A stretch of DNA of 63,205 nt, filler included, from Choristocarpus tenellus KU-1152 (Eukaryota > Protista > Phaeophyceae): NCBI GenBank assembly GCA_964200185.2. It is 14 parts of 14 records of this genome, joined end to end, with 100 filler letters (N's around TTAATTAATTAA, not from the genome) between each part and the next. Parts side by side here need not be neighbours in the genome. Positions count along the whole stretch, not along the records: positions 49,373 to 54,845 come from CAXNAD020010672.1; positions 54,946 to 60,452 come from CAXNAD020010575.1; positions 60,553 to 63,205 come from CAXNAD020025939.1; 11 more parts are not named here. One strand, given 5' to 3'. Shown here in pieces: positions 50,303-61,092 of this stretch. The translations under genes and the position numbers were made by a program. The first letter of the stretch is position 1. Every line of letters begins with the position of its first letter. The notes beneath the pieces were generated by a model that was given only the letters and a program-made list of their open reading frames with translations, searched no databases and was not told the DNA's origin.

Positions 50303-52501
50303 TGGCCTCTTCTAGATTCTCCTCTTGCACCTCCTCTTGTATCCCACGCTCAAGTCTCATGTGTTGGGTAGGGTCCAGGTTTAATGGTGAGGTAGAGCTT
50401 TAAAAAATCACCCCTCTGTAGAACATCCTGCATGAAATTCTTCGACTCACTTCACTCAAAAATGAGTGCTTCCCTGTTGACATGAGTGCTCAGTAGCATA
50501 GTGATTAGCAAATGCTCCAAGGTTCTCTTCCCTAAGTCACGAACATCTTCCTCCGATGATGACAAACCAACTATGGGGCTTGAATATTGATATTTATTGT
50601 ATCATGAAGCTGAACCTTGCCGAACCAATTATGGAGTCCTTGCAAGGAGCGTCTGCCATATTCAAAGCTCCTGCCACTGCCTTGAATTCGTTATTGGTGA
50701 TGGAGATGACCACACTATTATAGTTGTACTTGCATCCCAACTGCATAGATTGGTTGGGTAACATCTTCCCGCATTCCTTCCAGAAACGCAACCCACCCTT
50801 CAACTGTGGGTAGTGGCACCCACTACCCATGTGAAGCAAGGCACTGTTGCTCATAGATAGGTTATTGTCCCACCATTCAACACTACTCATCCTTCAATAT
50901 AATACGAATGGCCCTGGTTGGGTGATGGGTGCTAGATGCAGGGTACCGCTGCTGGTCACAGACTACATGGCACCTCCTCCAACCACCACCCATCGCTCCT
51001 AAGTGGTCCCGATCTCTCACGAAAAATCGAGAAAAAATGGGCGACTGGCACTACTACTATTGGGGGCATTCCCGCACAAAACCCCAATTCCAATTAGCCC
51101 ATGTATCTCAAAATTGTCGACACGAACATTTTTGGGGCTATAGTCGGTACCCTTGCACATTATCATGTCAGAGGAAAAGAAACATAAGGAAAGAAAAATA
51201 GAGAAACATTTAATTGTAAATACTTGTGCAATGATAGAGCGTGTGGATATTATGTGTGGAGAATAATCACATTATTAGATGTAAAGAACATAAAAATACA
51301 AACACTAACCGCTAGAGCTGTATTATAAGAATTTAGTTATTATGTGTAAAGAAAACCAAAAAAGCACTTCTAAACTGACCTTAGTAGTATGAAGTAATAC
51401 AATTAACATTAATCAAGTAGCATATAGGGTCAAAAACGGACGCCGGCACCTCCCCCCAGATGCTTTGACCCATATATGTGTGTGTGTGTGTTTGTAGGTC
51501 CGATTTCGACGTCACACCTTTGACTTGAACATAGTAATAAACTCGCTCACGCGCGTAAGGACGCAGGAGTCGCACCAAACTCCCTCCTCCCCTCTTCTGT
51601 CCCACGCGCAACCCCTGAACGGTCCAGCCCTTCTAGGGGGCTTGTATTTATAGTTTGTACGCGTTCGTTGCACTATTGCGACGGTTAATCGCACTACTAC
51701 TTCACTCCTGTTCTTCTCTTTCTCCGGCGCGGGATTCAGCCATCCAACCCTTCCTTCTTTCTCTCCGTCGTTGAATCTCGCCCTCTTCCCCAGGTTCGCG
51801 TTCCCCCTCAATGAAGCCTTGCCGCCTGGGTTTTGCATTTTTTAGTACTACCCTCGCACAGGATGGTACAGGATGGTACAGGATTGGACGTATATTATAG
51901 TAGATGGTACAACAGGTGTAAACCGAAAACCAGATTTTCTATCTCGAAGTTTTCCATCACAAATTTTGAAGGTATACATTGTTATACCATACTACCACTG
52001 TGCATTATGAAGTTTTTTGCATTATATTGATTGTAAAGGGAAGGGAGTCCTTCCAACCACTTGACATATGACGACTGTCGACTATCTATACATCACCTTT
52101 GGTTCTTCCTAATAACTTCCAAATCAAAAATCACATCCTACCATCATCCCAGCAAAAAATGAGGTCTCCATAAAATATTTTATGTTGGAGGTGTCATTCG
52201 CTATATATCATTATTGTTGGAGATATGGGAGTTCAATCAGAATTTATTTCAATTCACAATTCTATTAAAAGCGATCCTACATCATATATAGATATATTCT
52301 ATGAGAACTCTGAAGGTCTAAACCAAACTCTCTACAGTAGCATGTCTCCTCCATTACGGTTGTATGTCACATTTCTTTGAGAACAGGACACCGTTGTGGT
52401 GTTTAGTATATCCCTCATCGTACTACAGTCCCGTTGTATTCAATAGTTGGTTGTATGCAGTAGTTCGTACTATAGCATACCTGGAGCTAGGGTGGTGCAA
52501 G

Positions 52502-54516
52502 ATGGGTCTACATCACACAGCTCATGCGATAGAATTTTGCCTTCGGACTGACCATGTGTGCGAAAAGATAGATGAACACATTGGCTTTCAAGTGACCAAC
52601 GGTGTATTTTTGTTGTCTGCGGTATTAGGGGTTGCTCTATCGATTCGTGTTCTTGTCCGCTTGACCAGCGGCAACGTAGCGCTACGATTAGTGCTTTCCA
52701 AGGTGAGTCCTTTCATCATGCCATACGCAGCTACCCGTGAGAGTGGCCATTTGCCTCTCATGACATCTAGTACTCTCCAAAGCGTTCTATCCCTGCAATT
52801 GCCTCCATCACCCATGGGGTGCACTGGCCTCATACAATTCCATTTGACAGTGGAAGGCCCATGTCGACTACCCCTTTCCATCACCCAAGTTGCGATTTAG
52901 TGTCTTGAAAGTCAACGAATGCGAGGTTAGTGAGCACCACGCCTATTTGCGATACATCAACGTGACCTTGCGTCGCCTCTTCCTCTGGGATGAAAAGAGC
53001 TTCGAACTGTTGCTGCCTACGCATATGTCTCTATGTTTCCTCTGTCGCATTCACTGGAAAAGCGCAAGGCTGTGACGCCTTTGCTGGAGTTAGCGATTAG
53101 CATCATGTCTGTGGTGATCCACTCTTACCAACTCTGGTATGGTATCTCCATTTTCGGTGGAGCGAGACTGTTGACGGTGCTGCAGAGTTTGAAAACGTTT
53201 CTGTTTCTCGCTATCATGGAGCCCTGGATGTGCTACTCTCTCTTGTCCGTGTGCTTTGGGAGGCTCACCGATAGAGGATATGACACTTGGAAGAGGTGAG
53301 TGTGCTGAAAAAATATTACTAAAGTTTTAATCTGAAGAGGGTGTTCTATACTCGCCAGAAGCGATGTTGGTGGAGGGGGGGGTAAAAGAAATTTCACCTC
53401 GATACCACAAATGAGGTTGTCCTTTGTAGCCTGAGCAAGTCACACATTTATAAACCTCGTGTAAGACAGACTTCTTATTATCCACATCTCCTCTTCTCGT
53501 GAGGTTGTCAGCGATATGCTTTATAAAAGAGGAAAATGAAGTTCGAAATCTCGAGTTGCTGGGTATGAGATGGAGGACATTTGGACTTGGAACTATAGGC
53601 AGCAGAAACTATAAGTCAATCCTTCATTTTACAACTGATGCAATACTTGCTGGAAGACCGTGCTCTATAGAGTTGGTTGTACAGAGGACATCATCGATGG
53701 TGTACGATGCTACAATATTGTCCAGGCCAATGATATTACAGTCAGACATTCTAACCATTGTTTTATGTATCCACAGTGGTGCCACTCTTCGCATAAACCG
53801 TTCTTTATCTTGTTAGCGTTTCCGTCTTGCCCAGGCATGATACTGTAAACTAGTGAGCTTCTCTTGAGGTCTTCATCTGCCAAGCAGATTGACTGTTTGC
53901 GATGGATATCCCACCAACTGCTTGATCAGAAGACACTTGCGATGGCTATCTTGTGGGTATCTTGTATATTTCACTAACAATGTAATGACTCTATGTGTGT
54001 GGTTGCTGACCTGACGACACATGATCTCTCTCTTCGCATTTCTGAGGTACTTTTGGATTGTATCACAACTTCTGACCGATGCACTCTCACTTCCAGAGGC
54101 AGCGATGGCATTGAGCATAACATCACGCGAGATAATAATTATTATATCACTTGAGAAAAACTGTAGTACTGACTGTTTTTCGGTTGCCTGAATGACCTCA
54201 TATTGTTCGCATCGCACATATATTGGTGGGCAGGTTCAAGAAAATTATCATGGCAGGAGCTTTGTTCACCTTCATGGTATCTTTGTCTGCTTTTCTTCTG
54301 TACGGCTATGTGCAGCCCTTGGTGCCAAGCTATCTTTTGCTGGCCTTATTCGTGTTCGCAGCCTTGAGAGACCTGACCTTCTTCAATCTGGCCACTAAGT
54401 ACCTTGCATCATTGGTGGAGACAAGTCCAAATACTGCTGCCGGAGACAAAGTAAGGGAGCTGCAGTTGCACTGCATGAGGAACAACCGTATTAATTTTGC
54501 GGTAATCACTTCTGTG
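52502..54516 (+). CDS. Multi-pass membrane protein of unknown family (partial)
   Basis: Phase-consistent exons about 52502-52702 (AAG|GTGAGT), 53069-53295 (AG|GTGAGT), 54234-54516 (GTG|GTGAGA) give about five hydrophobic helices. Start and downstream exons uncertain. Confidence 0.6.
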
Positions 54517-55190
54517 GTGAGACTTCCCCCAGTCTGGAGAAACATCGTGATACACTAACACTGAAGAATCGACCTTTTTGATGACAGCCTCTAGTTTATA
54601 CCATTAGTGGTTGTGAGGGTGTGGCGATGACCTATTGGTGGGTTATTTCTATAAATTTGCCGATTAATCTTCTTAAAGTAAGAATATATCAATGTGATCA
54701 TACCCTAATAATATTAAAATATCCTCACCACTTTCCTCCACAAATTCATTGTTTATATTATGATAGAACAGCAGATTTCAAAAATTGAGGATGGAGCTTT
54801 TCATCGAGGATGGGCTTGACCCAAAATTGACTGGGAGAAAGTGACNNNNNNNNNNNNNNNNNNNNNNNNNNNNNNNNNNNNNNNNNNNNTTAATTAATTA
54901 ANNNNNNNNNNNNNNNNNNNNNNNNNNNNNNNNNNNNNNNNNNNNCCGCGCACCATTTTGTGTCAAACTCATCCTCCATAGTATGCTCCATCCTCAATTT
55001 TGGTGATCGGCTGTTATTGTGTATGGAAATGGGGAATGCCAATTTTGTGTACACCATTTTGCACATGAAGCAATAGAAATAGAGTGTATCGGACAGGGTA
55101 AGAAAGTGGATTAGAATGCAAAAGGGTCCAAACCTGCCTACCTCTCAATCGGGTTGACTCTTGAATGTTAGATTCCTCAATTTACGTAAT

Positions 55191-55350
55191 GGAGTAATCG
55201 TGGAAAGATTGCCAAAAACGATTTATATTGCAGTAATTGAAAGAGAGCCAGTTTCTATTTGACAGTTTAAACAAAAACTCTACTTAATTGATTTGGAAGG
55301 AAATCGTATTGCAAAATATTCAGGTGAGGGATTTTGCGAATTAATCCACG
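55191..55350 (+). pseudogene. ftsQ: Fragment of a bacterial (Rickettsiales-like) cell-division gene ftsQ with a nonsense mutation
   Basis: GVIVERLPKTIYIAVIEREPVSI*QFKQKLYLIDLEGNRIAKYSGEGFCELIH matches the FtsQ POTRA-to-beta-domain signature (R-x-L-P-x-T-I-x-I-x-x-x-E-R-x-P-x-A-I-W-Q...L-I-D-x-x-G); the conserved Trp is TGA at 55260-55262. Not in the ORF track. Confidence 0.75.
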
Positions 55351-56851
55351 GCAAGAGGAACATCATCATCGGATCAGCAAAATATTTCCAAGGAGCAAAC
55401 CTTTGATCCAGGCATTGTCCACCTTTTTAAGTAGACCATGGGCGCATGCCACCCTTCAAGAAAGTCAGCAGTACTTTCTATTTCACAATATGCCCAACGA
55501 AATTTTGCAGAGGATCAACACTCAGGTTTACTTGTCTTAATTCACTTTCCTTGCCCTCTTCCCTAGTTTGCACCTCCACACAACCCATGCTGCCATTCTG
55601 GATGCTTCACTTCAGTCATCCTACAATGACACTCTTCCTACATCTAACCTTAATCCATACTGTACTTACACTGCACAATACACCAAGCATCATCCATTCT
55701 AAATTTCAAATGATCTTGAAAATACAGTATGTACACGCCTCCTCACAAAATCATTAGTCCTTTCGTTCCTGAGCCGTTTCATCTATTACAAGCACTATCT
55801 AAGTTTTATATTTCTTCTGAAACTCACTACTGGAGGCTGAAAGAACCAACCCCTCTCCGCCAGCCTACCACCGTGTTGCTTGTGATCACATCCACTACTT
55901 CATCATAAAACATTGTAAAAACGTTCGAGAAGAAGTTGCACGAAACAAAACAAAAAAAGATGCATGCAGCATGCATGTCTCTCTCTGCTCACACTGCGTT
56001 CATCAAGAATCGTTAAATAAGATGTGGAGTAGTACTACCAAATAATTCCACAAGTATCTCCTGAATGACCCACATTTGGCAGGTCATGTTCAACAGACAC
56101 TCCCCTTAGCCGCCAAAAATTGTGACTTTTTTTGTCATAGGTAATGTAATTCCTTTTGTACCTTATGTCTCTGTTAAAATGGTTGCCAACAACAAAAACT
56201 ACGTGTCCCCTGGCTACCCTGGCTTAACTGACAGTACATGCAAGCACCACAGCAAAAGAATCGACAAAGAGTACTCCCCTCCTCACCCCCATGCCTTCCC
56301 TCCCTCTTTCCTTGCACCAAGCAAAGGAAGGGGTGGCTGAGAGACTACCTAGTGAAGCAATAAACTCCTACACCAATGCTTGCCTGTTTTTGATTTACCA
56401 CCTTCAACACAAAAGGTAGTGGTGTATGGTACAATTTGTTATCCCACCAAACTCAAGACTCACAAGATCATTAAAGGTACCCAACTCAACCTGCCCAATA
56501 CAAGAGCAAACCAAACCCTGCATGGCCTATAATATCTGGGACGTAACCCATTGCTTTTCACCACTCTAATGTTATCCCTAGAGACTTAGGACGCATTAGG
56601 TTCTTCCTACCTAGTAAGTATTCAGGCGCTGGAAAGGAAAAACTGATGCCAAAAGGGATAGTAATAGATGACAACAAGCCATGCAGCGACAGAGCAAAAG
56701 CAAATTCACTAGGAAAAACACCCACCCACCCAACCTTCTCCTCCCCACCTCCCCTATCACTGAAGCGCTATGAAGTTGGTCATTCCATGTGCCCTTCTAC
56801 ACATTGGCAACGATCTTCATTGAGAGGATCAACCCTCGACACCATTGGGAG

Positions 56852-59567
56852 CTAGCTAGATTGATTCTCATCACACCATTTGCGGGCGTTTTGGAACATC
56901 TTGAGCCAGGGACTGGCGGTGAGAGTCTTCCTCCATTCCTTGGGCATCCATGGCCACTATTAATTGGAGTGCAAACATTGAAGGGGACAGGGGAGAGAGG
57001 TAAGGGAGTCAAGGTCTGGTGGGATTGTGGTAGAGGTGGTTTAAGCAAGGTTTGTCCTATAATGCCAAAAAAAAGAAGGGATGTCTCTTCAATGGCGAGT
57101 GTATAGGGGTCAGGTGCACCCCCCCCCCGTCCACCTGACCTATCATATCCAAGGCCTCCAATACTATGGCCATGTCAGCGGTCATTCAAATAATCTTTTC
57201 CGTCTTTGCCGGAACCTAATTAACGTTTGCCAAGCCCTACAATTGCCAAGTGGGATCCATTCAGTCATGGCAACACTTCCAAATCCCCCGCCTCAACAAC
57301 ACAGAAGAACGTCTGTGTATCACCGCAGATCACTACCAGCTCCAAGTGCTTCAAGCCTACACAACTCTCCATGCACCAAGCCATTGTCTCCCAACAAGAT
57401 GAATTGCAGTCAAACCTAAAGACAACAGGTTCCTATGAGAACCTTCCCCTCCACTCCAACGAAGCAGTCCTTGATCACTTTAGTTCTGGGCATGAAGCAT
57501 CTAATCACCTGCCAAGTCAGGAAGCAGCGCTCAGGGTGGGGCATAACAGCCAGGTGGCGGCCATCCTTGGAGCAAAGCCCAGCTACTCCCTCAGGGGATC
57601 CGTTGGGGTTGAAGGGGTACTCCTCTGTTGGAGAATTGGAGTCATCCACATACCTTACAATAGAGGGTAGGGTAGGGTATGGTAGGGATTGGGTCTTTTT
57701 TTTTTTTTTAATGTGGGCGGGGATGGGGATTTTGAGGGTAGAAAAATAGATACTTCTTTTGTGTTTCATAAAGTTAACTCTTCACAACACTTCGGCATTA
57801 GTGAATATCAAAGGAGAGAGTCGAAAACTCCAAAGTGTCAAGACCATCAAGCTACTCTGATAGTAGTGTTGGTCGAGAAAGTTGATAGTAGGTTGTTAGG
57901 GTTAGAGGGGGATAAGGCTCACTCACCTTACTGGAGCAAGTCCTGCATTGAGTACACGGTCTTTGACACTCGACTTGGGGAAGTGCGCTTGACCCTCCCC
58001 ATGAGCTAACCACACGCCTAGGCTGGAGCCCTCCATGCCTTCCAGGAGGATAGAAGGTGACTCCATGATCTATTGAGGGGAGGTAGAGGTAGAGGAACAG
58101 TAGGACGATCGATTTTCAACAGTGAGTTGTACTCTGTGCACGTTGAAGTTGGTGTAGCGTGTACGCTAACAATAAACAAAATATTGCACACCACAGATGC
58201 AGCCATGCCACCAGCCACCAGGTCAAGCACAGGGGGTGAACAACATAACAGCGTTCAATACTTACATTCATGCAGGCGATCCCCGTCCACTATGTAGATC
58301 AAGTCGTAGAAAAAGGGTGAACAAGGAAAGCTCTACCTCCCAGTACACAAGAGCCACGTGTGCCAGAACATAGTAAAAAAAGAAAACGCTTAAAAGAATC
58401 CTTACAGAAACCTCAAGGCTGCATCATCAATACCCAACCATCCTGAAACGTTCACACAAGATCCAACACCCTCCATGATACATCTACCCCCCGCCCACAG
58501 CCCTCACCCCCCCCCCCCCCCCCCACTCACAGCCCCAAGTCCAATGACCATCGTCTTACCTTGAGAGTAGTCCAGCGACTCTCAAACCGCCCACTCTTGT
58601 TGTGCACAAATCGGGGCTGAGCCTCTTCCCCAATCCCTTCGTCTCCTTCTACCTCATCCTGCTCATCCAGCAAAAGCAGTAGCAAGGCATTGTCAACACC
58701 AGCAAGGTACAGGGTAGGTAGGTAGTAGCAAGCCAACCAAGATGGGGAAACTACACAGCCAAGAAAAAAAATATTAAAGACACAACCGCTACAAATAAAA
58801 AGCAAGAAAATCATCACACGGATGGTCAGAGCGGTCGAGAGCAAACAGCGTGCAGAAGAGCTGTCTCCACAGCTACCAACACTTTACTCTCAAGTAGGAG
58901 GTGTACACCTCAAATGGGTGGAGGGATGGGCGGGGAATGTCATTTGGAGTCCATGCCCGAACTCAATTCCCAACCCTGACCAATGATACGGTGCTACATA
59001 GTAATTGTTCCATGAATCTTCTATTGTTCCATGAATGACTTCGGAATAGAATCTTTGTCTCACCACAAACCAGTGTTAGAGAGAAGTAACAGTTACGTGC
59101 GTGTGCGTGTAGCACCCAAGAGCACGCCATCAGAATTCTCTACGAATACCGCAGAGACGAAGGCAGCGTACAAACAGTAGACGCGAGAAAGTCTACAAGA
59201 ACTACAGAGTGCCCCAGAGCCGATCAAAGCTCGTATGGCATCTCTGCACACACCAAAAGCAAGCATAAAATGAACACACCCTAACCTTACTTTTCCTTGG
59301 CCAATCGATGCCAAAAAGGGAAGACATGCCACAAAAAGGTGTACCTCTCTTCCTCCAACCAAAAGCCACTATCCTCTCTGGTACACAACCAAAGGGCTTC
59401 TGATTTCTACAGTGCTGTGTTTTTGAGTGTGGAGGCATCAAAGCCCCTCGACCTCTCAGTCTCACCTTAGGGACCCACCCCAGGAGTGCCATGAGCTGGC
59501 AGCCATTGCACACTCCAAGAGAGAAAGTGTCTTTCCTAGCCTTGAAGGCCTCGAACTGCTCCCACAC
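56852..59567 (-). CDS. PFAS: Phosphoribosylformylglycinamidine synthase (large PurL type), glutaminase domain, last five exons
   Basis: Exons 59567-59466 ([21 protein letters not shown], catalytic Cys), 58658-58560 ([15 protein letters not shown]), 58069-57927 ([23 protein letters not shown]), 57653-57509 ([31 protein letters not shown]), 56956-56852 ([21 protein letters not shown]); phases consistent. Confidence 0.96.
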
Positions 59568-60582
59568 CTGTTCTCTTGAAATGAAATTGAGCGACAATCA
59601 AGTCAAGGTACAGGAAGTGGTGGCAACAAATACAAAAGAGTCATGGCACACCATCAAAACGCTTCCATTCTTTTCCTAAAAAACGGTAACCTTTGCATGA
59701 ATACAGCTCCAAGATCCATCGACCTCTAATGCCATTAAACACAACAAAAATAACAGTTTGAATTTCCTTATGCTCTATTATCCTTGGACAAACTGTCAAA
59801 AACTTCAAAATCTCACACATGGTTAGAGGGAGGCTGTTTCACATCCCAAGGGATGTGAGCATCTCAGGACAGCAACCATCACACCAAGTGTTCTCATTTG
59901 CAACACTCACTACACCTCCATCAACACCAACTCCGTCACCCTTTGCTAGCCCAACTCTGCCCACAATGATATTATCAAGTCTTCGCACCACAAGTTGTAA
60001 CATCAAAAACACCCATGCACCTTTCAAGTTCAAGCCAGCTATCCCATACCATCCTCTCTAATCCAAGTTCAACACCAAGCCCCCTTCACCCAACAAAACT
60101 AGGGTTCAACGTTCTACATTCCTTTCCAAGGTTTAAGATCCATCACGCCCAAACACACCTCCAACCCGTTCTACAGAGAGAGCAAAACAGACAACTAAAA
60201 AAAAAAATGAAAAAGAAATATAATACACATACGCATCCAGAGTCTCTCCCATTAAACCAACAACACACCTCAGCCTCCTCACACAAAAAAACACATCAAC
60301 AGCACACGCCTTCTTGCAGCACCGATGATGAAAATACACAACAAACACATACCCACTTCAACAGCGGGCGCATACAGTATCCCTACCCCCCCCCGTGCGC
60401 CCCACTTTCGCAGTTCCTAACACATTCCAAGAAAGAAACACTACACCTCCCCNNNNNNNNNNNNNNNNNNNNNNNNNNNNNNNNNNNNNNNNNNNNTTAA
60501 TTAATTAANNNNNNNNNNNNNNNNNNNNNNNNNNNNNNNNNNNNNNNNNNNNGGTGGAAAGGGAATCGGTTTTGGTGTGCAG

Positions 60583-61092
60583 CCCTGTAGCGGCTCTGTG
60601 ACTGTCCCGGCTCCTGCTTCTGCAGTGGGTACTGCTGCCCCTGTCGGTTTTGACATGTCCAAGTTCCGTAAGCCAGGAGAGTGGAAGTGTGAAGCATGCT
60701 ATGTCAAGAATGGACCAGAGGATGTCAAGTGCTTGTCATGCGGAACGCCCAGGCCAGGTGCAACTGCTGGGGCTTCTGTTGGCAGTGGCAGCCCTCTCTC
60801 GTCCATGCCAGGATCCATCTCCTCGGGTGGGTTCAGTTTTGGTTCTTCCATACCCATCAGTGGCGGGGGTGGGGGAGGGTTCAAGTTCAATACACAACCC
60901 AGTGGAGGGTTTCAATTTACGGGTCCTATTGCCACACAAAATGCCTTTAGAGGTATTGCCCACAGTGGTTCATCTTCCAATAGCCTGTCCTCCTCTACTG
61001 CACTGAACAATTCAGGCGTTACAACTGAACCTGCCCCAGCTGCTGCTTCTCCAGGAGGATTTTTCTTTGGGGAAAATCCTCCTCGGCAATAA
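60583..61092 (+). CDS. Exon of an FG-repeat nucleoporin with a RanBP2-type zinc finger (Nup153/Nup358-like)
   Basis: KPGEWKCEACYVKNGPEDVKCLSCGTPRP (W-x-C-x2-C-x3-N-x6-C-x2-C) followed by GGFSFG, GGFKF, GGFQF, GGFFFG in Ser/Gly/Pro-rich spacers. Exon ends uncertain. Confidence 0.8.
   Translation, partial: PCSGSVTVPAPASAVGTAAPVGFDMSKFRKPGEWKCEACYVKNGPEDVKCLSCGTPRPGATAGASVGSGSPLSSMPGSISSGGFSFGSSIPISGGGGGGFKFNTQPSGGFQFTGPIATQNAFRGIAHSGSSSNSLSSSTALNNSGVTTEPAPAAASPGGFFFGENPPRQ

Noticed and set aside
3188-61092. Functional gene cluster (nuclear transport, ubiquitin system, purine synthesis)
   Set aside because: The genes lie on different contigs joined artificially; only importin and RraA are truly adjacent.
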